This document shows positions 8,737-17,521 of a DNA stretch of 64,000 nucleotides, piece after piece (position 1 is the stretch's first letter; each line of letters opens with the position of its first letter). Below the pieces are notes generated by a model that saw only the letters and a program-made list of their open reading frames with translations, had not been told where the DNA came from and made no database searches. The translations under genes were made by a program, and so were the position numbers. The stretch is taken from assembly GCA_963724765.1 (NCBI GenBank), contig CAVRVY010000003.1, positions 512,001 to 576,000 of the forward strand, written 5' to 3'. This DNA is from an uncultured delta proteobacterium. GTDB lineage: Bacteria; Desulfobacterota; Binatia; Binatales; Binataceae.

Positions 8737-9432
8737 ATGCCACTGACCGATAAGCAGATCGAACGCTACAGCCGCCAGATAATCGTCCCCGGCGTCGGCG
8801 GACTCGCACAGGACCGGCTGCTCGCGTCTCGCCTTGCGATCGTGGCCGCGCCTGCGGACGCAGCCGGCGCGCTTGCCTACCTGGCCGGCGCGGGAGTCGG
8901 GCGAATCGCGGTGCATCCGGTCGGCGACCGCGCGCGGTACCGCGCGCTGCTTGAGCGGATGGGCGACCTCAACCCTGATGTAAGCATCCGAATGGCGAAC
9001 GACGACTCATCCGAGGCATCCGACCTGATGCTGGCGCTGATCGGCGACCCACACGTGGCCGAAGCAGCGGCGCACGTCTGGCGTGCGCCGCGCGTCGATG
9101 CGCAAGACGCGCACGCGCATCGTTATGGCGCCGCTATCGTCGCGAGGCTCGATACGCCGGGACGAATCGCACTTCTGCCGGAGCCACCGCCCTGTCTGCT
9201 ATGCGCCGACGCGGATTTGCTGAGTCTGCCACGCGCGCGCGCTGCGAATACCGGCGCGATCGCGATGGTCGCGGTGACCGAGGCGTTCAAGCTGCTGGCC
9301 GGCTATGCCGGCCAGCAGCCGACCGCCCGGCTTATCGAGTTCGATGGCTATGTCAGTCGGGCGCGCGCGCTTGGGCGGCGCGTAAGCGGCGGCGGCGATA
9401 AAACGCGCTGCGCTTGCGAGGCGGCGTCTTGA
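8737..9432 (+). CDS. Degenerate ThiF/MoeB-family protein (pseudo-E1)
   Basis: LTDKQIERYSRQIIVPGVG..AQDRL, YLAGAGVGRI, LNPDV, PCLLC, EAFKLL, CAC; GxGxxG and SNLxRQ motifs absent. Confidence 0.8.
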   Translation: MPLTDKQIERYSRQIIVPGVGGLAQDRLLASRLAIVAAPADAAGALAYLAGAGVGRIAVHPVGDRARYRALLERMGDLNPDVSIRMANDDSSEASDLMLALIGDPHVAEAAAHVWRAPRVDAQDAHAHRYGAAIVARLDTPGRIALLPEPPPCLLCADADLLSLPRARAANTGAIAMVAVTEAFKLLAGYAGQQPTARLIEFDGYVSRARALGRRVSGGGDKTRCACEAAS

Positions 9433-10313
9433 GCGCCGCGCCGCGGCGCGATGCCACTGAAGCCGGCGCGACGCGCGGTCTCGGCGCGTCGCGCCGGCGC
9501 GTCGTCGCGGGACACGCGCTCTGGATGTTCGACTTCGACAACACGCTCGCGCCACTCGAGCCGGCCGTCGATTGGGCCGCGAGCCGGCGCGAGTTGCAAG
9601 CCTGGCTCGCCGCACAGGGCGTGGCCGAGGCGCTGTTCGAGGAATTTCCGGGCGGCAACCTGGTGCTGTACGAGGCGCTGCGCGCGCGTCTTTGCGAGGG
9701 CGGCGACGCCGCCCGCGCCGTGCTGGCGCGCGGCGAGTTGGCCGCCGCTAAAAGCGGCGGCCAACTCGCCGGCGACCCCGGCAGCCCCGGGAGGGGCGGC
9801 GGCCGCACGGCTGCCGCCCCTCCCGGGGCGATCCTCGGCGGCGCCTCGGCCATCATCGAGCGCCACGAACTCGCCGGCGTCGGCGCGGTCGCGCCCGCGC
9901 CCGGCGCGATCGAGCTGCTCCGCACGCTCCGCGCCGCGGGCGCCGCAGTCGCAGTCGTCACGTCGAATTCGTCGCGCACGGTCGCGGCGTGGCTGCGGGC
10001 ATGGCAGGCGAAGGAACTGGTGGACCTTGTAGTCGGCCGCGATAGCGGCCTTGCGCTGAAGCCGTCACCCGCGATGGTCGAGCGCGCGCTTGCCGCTTGC
10101 GCCGCTCGGCCCGGCGATGCCGCCTTTGCCGGCGACAGTGAGGCCGACCTCAACGCCGCCAGGGCCGCCGCGGTGCGCTTTTATGGCGTCAATGCCAAGC
10201 CCGAGGGGCGTGACCGGCTGACCGCGCTTGGCGCATCGCCGGTCTTCTCTTCGCCGTCCGCGATGGCGATCTATCTCGATCTGCCGATCATCGAGCGTGC
10301 ATCGACTGATTAG
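9429..10313 (+). CDS. HAD-superfamily hydrolase (phosphoglycolate phosphatase-like); start uncertain
   Basis: FDFDNTL motif I, VTSN, KPSP, GDSEAD. Confidence 0.8.
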   Translation: MSAAPRRDATEAGATRGLGASRRRVVAGHALWMFDFDNTLAPLEPAVDWAASRRELQAWLAAQGVAEALFEEFPGGNLVLYEALRARLCEGGDAARAVLARGELAAAKSGGQLAGDPGSPGRGGGRTAAAPPGAILGGASAIIERHELAGVGAVAPAPGAIELLRTLRAAGAAVAVVTSNSSRTVAAWLRAWQAKELVDLVVGRDSGLALKPSPAMVERALAACAARPGDAAFAGDSEADLNAARAAAVRFYGVNAKPEGRDRLTALGASPVFSSPSAMAIYLDLPIIERASTD

Positions 10314-10325
10314 AGCAAGTGGCTG

Positions 10326-10374
10326 TTGCACTGGACAAGGAATTTACATAACTTAAGTGACTTGATTAGTAATC
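10326..10374 (+). promoter_or_regulatory. Putative sigma70 promoter of cysC-sat with a downstream palindrome
   Basis: TTGCAC-17-TAACTT; GATTA-G-TAATC at 10364-10374; AT-rich. Confidence 0.5.
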
Positions 10375-10401
10375 TATCTTGAAGGAGTGTCATTCGGCAC
10401 G

Positions 10402-10947
10402 ATGAGTGACGGCTTTACTTTGTGGTTCACCGGCCTGTCCGGGGCGGGCAAGTCGACGTTGGCGGAGATGGCCGCCGAGGAATTGCGCCGGCGCGGATAC
10501 CGGGTCGAGGTTCTTGACGGCGACGAGGTGCGCACCAACCTCTCCAAGGGACTCGGGTTTTCCAAGGAGGACCGCGACACCAACATCCGGCGCATCGGGT
10601 ACGTCTGCAGGCTGCTCGCGCGCAACGGAGTGATCGCGATCGCGGCGGCGATCTCGCCCTACCGCAAAATCCGCGACGAGGTACGCAGCCTGCACGAGCG
10701 CTTCTTCGAGGCCTACGTCGAGTGCCCGCTCGACACGCTGGTCGAGCGCGACGTCAAGGGCCTGTACAAGAAGGCGCTGGCGGGCGAACTCAAGGGCTTC
10801 ACCGGCGTCTCCGATCCCTACGAGCCTCCGCTGAAGCATGAGTTGACGATCACCACCACCCGCGAAACACCGCAGGAGAGCCTCGCCCGGCTGCTCGGCA
10901 GCCTCGAGGCGTGCGGCTATATCAGCCGCGAGGGAGCGAAACGATGA
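10402..10947 (+). CDS. cysC: Adenylyl-sulfate kinase
   Basis: [45 protein letters not shown]. Confidence 0.95.
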   Translation: MSDGFTLWFTGLSGAGKSTLAEMAAEELRRRGYRVEVLDGDEVRTNLSKGLGFSKEDRDTNIRRIGYVCRLLARNGVIAIAAAISPYRKIRDEVRSLHERFFEAYVECPLDTLVERDVKGLYKKALAGELKGFTGVSDPYEPPLKHELTITTTRETPQESLARLLGSLEACGYISREGAKR

Positions 10948-12119
10948 GCGTCGGCGCAAGCGATTCGATAACTGCACACGGCGGCGGTGCGCTGGTCGAC
11001 CTTAACGCTCCCGCAGCGGAGCGCCGCGCAATTGCGCGCCACGCTGAAGGGCTCAAGACGGTTCGGCTGAGTGCGCGCGACCTGGCCGACCTGGAGATGC
11101 TGGCCTCGGGCGCCTTCTCGCCGCTTACAGGTTTCATGGGCGAGGCGGATTACGCGCGCTCGCGCGACGCGATGCGTCTGGCGTCGGGCGTGCCCTGGTC
11201 GATTCCGATCACGCTTGGAGTGGCTGAGGCCGAGGCGCGCGCGCTAAGGCCGGGCGAGGAGATAACGCTTGCCGATAATGATGGCGGCCGGCTGGCGATT
11301 ATGAAACTCGCCGAGGTTTACAGCGTCGATCGCGCGCGCGAGGCCGAGGCGATTTTCGGCACCGCCGACCCCGCCCATCCGGGAGCGGCCAACGTGCTCG
11401 CGACGCCGCCGTGGTGCCTGGGCGGAAGCGTGGTGCTGTTCAGTGAGATTCCCGGCCGGACCTTTGTGGAGTACCGGCTCGAGCCGCGTCAGACGCGCGC
11501 CGCGTTCGCCGAGCGCGGATGGCGCAAAATCGTCGCTTTTCAGACCCGCAACCCGACCCATCGCGCGCACGAATACATCCAAAAGGCGGCGCTGGAGATT
11601 TGTGACGGGCTGCTGCTTCATCCGTTGGTCGGCGAGACCAAGGGCGACGACGTCCCGGCTGCGGTGCGGATGGAGACCTATAAGGTGCTTCTGGAACTGT
11701 ACTATCCGCGCGAGCGCGCGATGCTGTCGGTGATGCCGGCACACATGCGCTACGGCGGACCGCGTGAGGCCATCCTGCACGCAATCATAAGGCGCAACTA
11801 CGGCTGCACCCATTTCATCGTCGGCCGCGATCACGCCGGTGTAGGCAATTACTACGGCACGTATGATGCGCAAAAGATTTTCGAGCGTTTCAGCCCGGCC
11901 GAAATCGGCATCACGCCGCTGACCTTCGAGAATACTTTCTACTGCAAGCGATGCGGCGGGATGGCGTCGTTCAAGACCTGCCCGCACGAGGACGCCGACC
12001 GGCTACTGCTATCGGGGACCAAGGTGCGCGAGATGCTGCGCCGCGGCGAGGCGCCGCCGCCCGAGTATACCCGTCCCGAGATAGCGGCCATCCTGGCGCG
12101 CGCGATGCGCGTGGGCTGA
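10944..12119 (+). CDS. sat: Sulfate adenylyltransferase (ATP sulfurylase)
   Basis: [49 protein letters not shown]. Confidence 0.95.
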   Translation: MSVGASDSITAHGGGALVDLNAPAAERRAIARHAEGLKTVRLSARDLADLEMLASGAFSPLTGFMGEADYARSRDAMRLASGVPWSIPITLGVAEAEARALRPGEEITLADNDGGRLAIMKLAEVYSVDRAREAEAIFGTADPAHPGAANVLATPPWCLGGSVVLFSEIPGRTFVEYRLEPRQTRAAFAERGWRKIVAFQTRNPTHRAHEYIQKAALEICDGLLLHPLVGETKGDDVPAAVRMETYKVLLELYYPRERAMLSVMPAHMRYGGPREAILHAIIRRNYGCTHFIVGRDHAGVGNYYGTYDAQKIFERFSPAEIGITPLTFENTFYCKRCGGMASFKTCPHEDADRLLLSGTKVREMLRRGEAPPPEYTRPEIAAILARAMRVG

Positions 12120-12199
12120 AAGCCAATCGCGAGCGGCCCTCCGTTACTGGCGCGAGCGCGCCTGCAAGTGCTGCGCGGAGCGCCGTTCGCCGGCGCGCC

Positions 12200-12574
12200 T
12201 TAGTTGTCGTCGCCGGAGGACGGCGCGGCCGGCGTAGTGCCCTGGTCTCCATTGTCGCCGGACTGCTGTTGGGAGGACGTATCGTCGTCATCGGCGGGCG
12301 GCTGCTGCATGTCAGCCGGTGGCTGCTGGGCCGAATCGGGGTCGTCCGGCGGCTGGCCGTTATTCTGCGTCTGTCCGCTTTGATCGTCGCTGTCATCATC
12401 GGCGTTGGGCGCCGCCGGCGCATCCGCGGAACCCGGCACAGCGACGGTACCGTCGTCTTGCGCAAGCATCGCCGGCTGCGGCGCCCCGCCACGCAGCGTG
12501 AGGCTGCATGGGCCAGGCGTTACGCATATTGCGACCACCGCACTCATTGCCCAGCTCATCGCTAGCGACTTCAT
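12200..12574 (-). CDS. Hypothetical secreted low-complexity (D/Q/P-rich) protein
   Basis: Signal-peptide-like MKSLAMSWAMSAVVAICV followed by an acidic disordered tail with QQPPAD repeats. Confidence 0.6.
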   Translation of the reverse strand: MKSLAMSWAMSAVVAICVTPGPCSLTLRGGAPQPAMLAQDDGTVAVPGSADAPAAPNADDDSDDQSGQTQNNGQPPDDPDSAQQPPADMQQPPADDDDTSSQQQSGDNGDQGTTPAAPSSGDDN

Positions 12575-12663
12575 CTGTTTCCGCTTGTGATTTCCTGTAA
12601 GGACGCACCGGCGTCCTGGTTCATGGCGGCGGCTCGAGCGCGGTCCGCCGCGGTCCAAAAATT

Positions 12664-13080
12664 CTATTGCAACGGCGGTTCCTCGCTCTCCGGCGACTCC
12701 ATCACGGGCGATCCGTGATGCGACACCATCCACCATCGGCCCTGGGCGCGTTCGAAGACATTGGTCGCCAGTACTCGCGAGCGGGCCACGCCGTCGTAGC
12801 CGCGCTGGAGGAGATTTTCCTCGACCACGACCACCGCTAGATCGCCGCTGGTCATGACCTGCAGATCGCCGAGCTCGAACTTCATCTCGAAGACGTTTTC
12901 GAAGATCCGTTCCCAGCTATTCATGATCGGGCCCCATCCGATGAGCCGCGCCCATCCGGGATGGATGCAGACGATGCGCGGGTCGCGCAGCCACACCTCG
13001 CCCATTGCGTCGGTGTCGAGGCTTTCAAAGGCTCGGTAAAATGCGCGATTCGCTTCGAGGATCGATTCCCGATCGGACAT
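12664..13080 (-). CDS. NTF2/SnoaL-like domain protein
   Basis: ANRAFYRAFE, CIHPGW, SWERIF, ATNVF, W.MVSHHGSP. Confidence 0.85.
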   Translation of the reverse strand: MSDRESILEANRAFYRAFESLDTDAMGEVWLRDPRIVCIHPGWARLIGWGPIMNSWERIFENVFEMKFELGDLQVMTSGDLAVVVVEENLLQRGYDGVARSRVLATNVFERAQGRWWMVSHHGSPVMESPESEEPPLQ

Positions 13081-13221
13081 AGACCGCCCCTGAGCGACGG
13101 CTGCGGAGCTTCCTGCAGTGTAGTGAGTTGGCTGCGGATGCGCCAGAGAGTGTTGCCTGGCGGGACTGGCCGGCCGGCTTACTCGGCGCTGGGGCGCCGC
13201 GGCAGGCCCTGCGAACGCTTC

Positions 13222-15168
13222 CTATCCGCTGAAGGAAGCGGCGGGCGCGAGGCGGTCCAGATACGGGTTCTGGAACGACCTCCAGGCCTGCAGACGGAGC
13301 TTCTCGCGCTGCGTCAGTACCGCATAGGCGGGATCGGAACTGAGATTGTGATGCTCGTAGGGGTCGGTTGTCAGGTCGTAAAGTTCCGCGCGATCCAGAT
13401 TGAAGTCGTAGATGTATTTCATGTTCCCGTCGATCAGCCCCAATATGTAATTCCCATTGCCCGAGAACATGTAGACCCGCCGATCACGCGACTGAGTAAA
13501 AAGATTCGCACCCTGCCATTGCGCTGGCTCGCGCATGCCCAGCAGGCTCAGCAGGGTGGGCGCAATATCGATCTGACGGCCAGCGCCTTTCATCTCGCGC
13601 TCATGCGGGAATAGGCGCGGGTTGATGATGAGCAGCGGCACCTGCAGCTCTTCGTTGTAGACGGTGAAACCGTGTACGGTCTGACTGTGTTCGTCGAACG
13701 CCTCGCCATGATCGCCGGTTACCACCAACAAGGTATTGTCGGCGAGCCCCATTGTTTGCAGCCGCGCGGCCAATTCTCCGATCAGGGTGTCCATCGATCG
13801 CACCGCGTTCAGATAGCGGCCGAGATTGGGATCGCTCACTCCATAGTCCCGATCGTCAGCCGCGACGTAGGGGTGATGCGTATCCATGGTCCATAGAGAA
13901 AGCAAGAAGGGCTTCGACTTGTGCGCATTGATCCAGTCGATCGCGGCCGGCAGCAATGGCGTGTCCTGCGGCAGGCTCGAGTCGCGATGCTCTGCGGCGA
14001 CCGTCGCGAAACCATGACTGAGCAGGAACTCGGCGCGGCGATCTTCTCCGATCGAGCCCGAATCGAGAAATCCCGTGGCATAGCCGCGCTGCGCCAGTAA
14101 CGCCGGCAGTCCGGCTGCCGCGAGCTCCGGCCGCCAGCGCGGGACGGGAAACCATGCCAGCCGTGGATACAGCGAACAGAACAGCGCCGTCATCGCCGCG
14201 GAGGTATTGCCCTGCGCCGCGTATACGTGGTCGAAGAACGCGCTATGCGCCGCGAGCCGCTCGAGCTGGGGAGTATCGTGGTAAGGCGCACCGTAAAGGC
14301 CAAGGTCGCGCGTACCAACGGACTCCATCACGACCATCACCACGTTGAGCGCGCGCGACGGCCGGCGAGCCGGGCGTAACATCACCGGCGTCAGCGTGGG
14401 CGGGGCCGCGGGCCGCTCTCCAGCGGGCAGGAAGTCATCGAGGAACGCAGGCGGAATCGATACCGGGAGCTTGGGAAGGCGCTCGAACAGCGGAGACACA
14501 AATGCCCATTCCGCATTGAGGGCCGCCGGCGGATAGGAAAGATAACGCACGGCCCACGCGTGAGCGCCGACCACGTATACGCAGATCAGCGCAAGCGCCA
14601 GGGACGAATAGAATCTCTCCCGCGCGCGGCGCAGGAAATCGGGCGCCAGCCGCGAGAGACTCTCGGTGACCAGCACCAGCATCAAAATCCCGATCACCAC
14701 CCACAGGTACGGTCCGCAGCCTCCGAGAGCGTCAGGGATCGATCTTTCGATCATGCGTAAGTTGTCGGAAAGAACGAATAGCTTGTAGGTCGCGTCGGTA
14801 TGAATGTAGGAAAAGACCACTGTGTCGACGGAAGTATAAAGTACAAGCAACAGGACAAAGTACCAGACGGCGCGGGTGATGCTTCCGCGCAGGTACCGAT
14901 TGCGCGCGAGGGCGAGTAAACCGTACGAGACCCATCCCAGGACGGTCAGCGCCATAACGTCCTGGTACGCGAGCAGCGGAAGATAGGGCCACAGGTCGGA
15001 GCGCCAGACGCAGTAGACGATCTCGATCCGCTGCCTTGCCATCACGGCGGCCAGTCCGAGGAGCGCCGCGAACAGGAACTCGGAGTCGGTTACGCGGCGC
15101 GGCGTGAGAGAGAATTGATCTGCCGAAAGACGGGGACCAGTAAACGGCATTCGAGTGGATGATTCCAT
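13222..15168 (-). CDS. Membrane-anchored sulfatase/LTA-synthase-family protein
   Basis: Several N-terminal TM helices; NVVMVVMES, THHPY, TGDHGEAF, VPLLI, QIDIAPT, ELYDL..DP.E. Confidence 0.85.
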   Translation of the reverse strand: MESSTRMPFTGPRLSADQFSLTPRRVTDSEFLFAALLGLAAVMARQRIEIVYCVWRSDLWPYLPLLAYQDVMALTVLGWVSYGLLALARNRYLRGSITRAVWYFVLLLVLYTSVDTVVFSYIHTDATYKLFVLSDNLRMIERSIPDALGGCGPYLWVVIGILMLVLVTESLSRLAPDFLRRARERFYSSLALALICVYVVGAHAWAVRYLSYPPAALNAEWAFVSPLFERLPKLPVSIPPAFLDDFLPAGERPAAPPTLTPVMLRPARRPSRALNVVMVVMESVGTRDLGLYGAPYHDTPQLERLAAHSAFFDHVYAAQGNTSAAMTALFCSLYPRLAWFPVPRWRPELAAAGLPALLAQRGYATGFLDSGSIGEDRRAEFLLSHGFATVAAEHRDSSLPQDTPLLPAAIDWINAHKSKPFLLSLWTMDTHHPYVAADDRDYGVSDPNLGRYLNAVRSMDTLIGELAARLQTMGLADNTLLVVTGDHGEAFDEHSQTVHGFTVYNEELQVPLLIINPRLFPHEREMKGAGRQIDIAPTLLSLLGMREPAQWQGANLFTQSRDRRVYMFSGNGNYILGLIDGNMKYIYDFNLDRAELYDLTTDPYEHHNLSSDPAYAVLTQREKLRLQAWRSFQNPYLDRLAPAASFSG

Positions 15169-15307
15169 CTTGAAACCGAGCTTACCGTTGATTTTAGTGT
15201 CTTACAATTCAATTTCTACTATGAGATGACAAATAGAGTTATAAGATTGTCAAAGCATAAATAGAGATAGCGCTGCGGAAATTTGTTCAACACTGCTACG
15301 TTTGGGA

Positions 15308-17212
15308 TTAATGAGCGGAATTAGCAGCAGGACTTTCGAAGCGGGCCAGGTAACGATTCTGGAATGACACCCAGGCCTCCAGGCGAAGGTGCGCCCGCTG
15401 CATCAGCGCCGCGTACGTACTGTCGGAGGCGAGGTTCCTGGTTTCGCCGGGATCGGTCACCACGTTGTAGAGTTGCGCGCGACCGCGTTGAAAATCGTAA
15501 ATGTATTTGAAATCGCCCTCGACCAATCCGAATGTAAAATTCCCGGTGCCTGCGAAAAGGTAGGCGCGCGCGGGCGGCTTAGCGCCGAGCAGGTCAGCGC
15601 CCTGCCAAGTGCCGGGAGCGTTGAAGCCCAGCAGCGCCAACAGAGTCGGCGCGATGTCTATCTGGCGGACGATACGCTTGACCGTCACTTCGTGCGGGAA
15701 GAGCGTCGGATTCACGATCAGCAACGGCACCTGCACTTCCTCGTTGTAGACGGTTCCGCCGTGGATCAGTTGGCCGTGCTCGCCGAACGCCTCGCCGTGA
15801 TCGCCGGTAATCACCAGCAGCGTGCGGTCCGCCAGCCCCATGCTCTGCAATGCCGCGGCGAGTTCTCCAACGATGGCGTCGGTTGCGTGCACCGCGTTGA
15901 GATAGCGATTTTGGTACGCGTCGCGGACGCCGTAGTCGCGATGCTCGGCCGCCAGGTACGGATGATGCGTATCCTGCGTCCAGATCGCTAAAAAGAATGG
16001 CCGCGAAGGATCGGCCTCAATCCAGCTCAGTGCCTGCGCCTTCAGATCAGCGTCGGCGGGCGCGTCATAGTCGCGCGCTTTGTCGATCACCTGACCGAAT
16101 CCGCGGCTGCGCACGAATTCGCCCTGGCGATCGAATACGAGCTGGCCCGAATGCATGAATGCGGTACGGTAGCCCTTGCTCGACAAAACCGCCGGCAGCC
16201 CCGGAATCGCCAGCGCCGGCGCGAGCTGGGTCAAACTCGGCCAGTCGTGATCCGGATAGACCGAGGCGAAGAGCGCTCCCAGGGCGGCCGAGGTCTCGGC
16301 CTCCGCCACGTAAGCCCGGTTGAAAACGAGCGCGTGGCGGGCTAACTCGACCAGGTTGGGCGTATCGTCAAACGGTGCTCCGTAGAGCCCAAGCCGACGC
16401 GCACCGACAGATTCCATCACCACCATCAGAACGTTAAGCGGTCCGTGCGACGCCGTCGCCTCGAACCCCGCGCCCACCAGCGGCCCCGCCCCGGACGCGG
16501 GACGCATCCCCGGGGGCTGAAAATCCGCGAGATAACCGGCAGGGATGGCGTCAGTCACTACCGGCGTGTGGAGTTCGAACGCCGACGACATCAGGGTCCA
16601 CTGCGGATTGAAGGACGCCAGTGAAAAGGGCACGTGACGAACGGCCCAGCTATGCGCGCCGACGAGAAAGATCGCGGTGAGCAGGAGGCCGGCGGCGGAG
16701 TGGAAGCCGTGGCGCAATCGTCGCACGGCGCCGGGCGCGAAACGCTCAAGACCCATCGCGATCAGCACGGTGTACACGGGGGCCATCGCCACCGCCGCTA
16801 TCAGGGCGGGTGTCGCGACCGCGTCAATCGACGATTGGATGCCGCGCAGGTTATCGGCGGCCGCGATCAGGCCAAAGGTCAGCGGCCTTCGGATGACGAG
16901 ATAGATGATGGTGCTCAGATAGGTATATAGCGCGAGCACCAGACAGATGGTCCATCCGGCGATCGCGACCAACCGCCGCGCCCGCGACCGTTTGGCGATA
17001 GCGAAGAGTCCGTAAAAGAGCCAGGCGATGGCCGCCAGCAGGAAAAGATCCTGGCAGGTCGCGAGCGGCAGCAGCGCGATCAATCGCCACGAGAGAAGCG
17101 TATGAAGACTTCTGAGCGGGGTGACTATCGTCACGATCGCGAGCGCGATGAAGCCGGCGAACAGGCATTCGGCGCTGTCGCCCCGCGGTCGCGCGGGCGC
17201 ATCAGCCAGCAT
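15308..17212 (-). CDS. Membrane-anchored sulfatase/LTA-synthase-family protein (paralogue)
   Basis: TM helices; NVLMVVMES, THHPY, TGDHGEAFGEHG, QIDIAPT. Confidence 0.85.
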   Translation of the reverse strand: MLADAPARPRGDSAECLFAGFIALAIVTIVTPLRSLHTLLSWRLIALLPLATCQDLFLLAAIAWLFYGLFAIAKRSRARRLVAIAGWTICLVLALYTYLSTIIYLVIRRPLTFGLIAAADNLRGIQSSIDAVATPALIAAVAMAPVYTVLIAMGLERFAPGAVRRLRHGFHSAAGLLLTAIFLVGAHSWAVRHVPFSLASFNPQWTLMSSAFELHTPVVTDAIPAGYLADFQPPGMRPASGAGPLVGAGFEATASHGPLNVLMVVMESVGARRLGLYGAPFDDTPNLVELARHALVFNRAYVAEAETSAALGALFASVYPDHDWPSLTQLAPALAIPGLPAVLSSKGYRTAFMHSGQLVFDRQGEFVRSRGFGQVIDKARDYDAPADADLKAQALSWIEADPSRPFFLAIWTQDTHHPYLAAEHRDYGVRDAYQNRYLNAVHATDAIVGELAAALQSMGLADRTLLVITGDHGEAFGEHGQLIHGGTVYNEEVQVPLLIVNPTLFPHEVTVKRIVRQIDIAPTLLALLGFNAPGTWQGADLLGAKPPARAYLFAGTGNFTFGLVEGDFKYIYDFQRGRAQLYNVVTDPGETRNLASDSTYAALMQRAHLRLEAWVSFQNRYLARFESPAANSAH

Positions 17213-17521
17213 CGGCGGCTCCCAGTGTGTTGAACCGGAAACCGATGGCGATGCGAAAGTGACGAGGAAGTTCAGCCTTCAATGCGATACTCACGAGCGG
17301 CAGGCGAATTCTATCGTCCCCCCCTTGGAGTAGCAGCCTAGTGGTTTCTACTGGTGATTCCAATGCGTACGACACGATTTGACGGCCGGCTTTCACGGGT
17401 CATCCGCGACGCACGAAAGCGCGACGACCGGACGCCGCCGACCGCTCAGGTGTGGGTGGCAACGGTCGACCGCGTCGGCGCGGGCGCGCAGGCGCGAGGC
17501 GCCGCACGAAGCGCATGTGCG

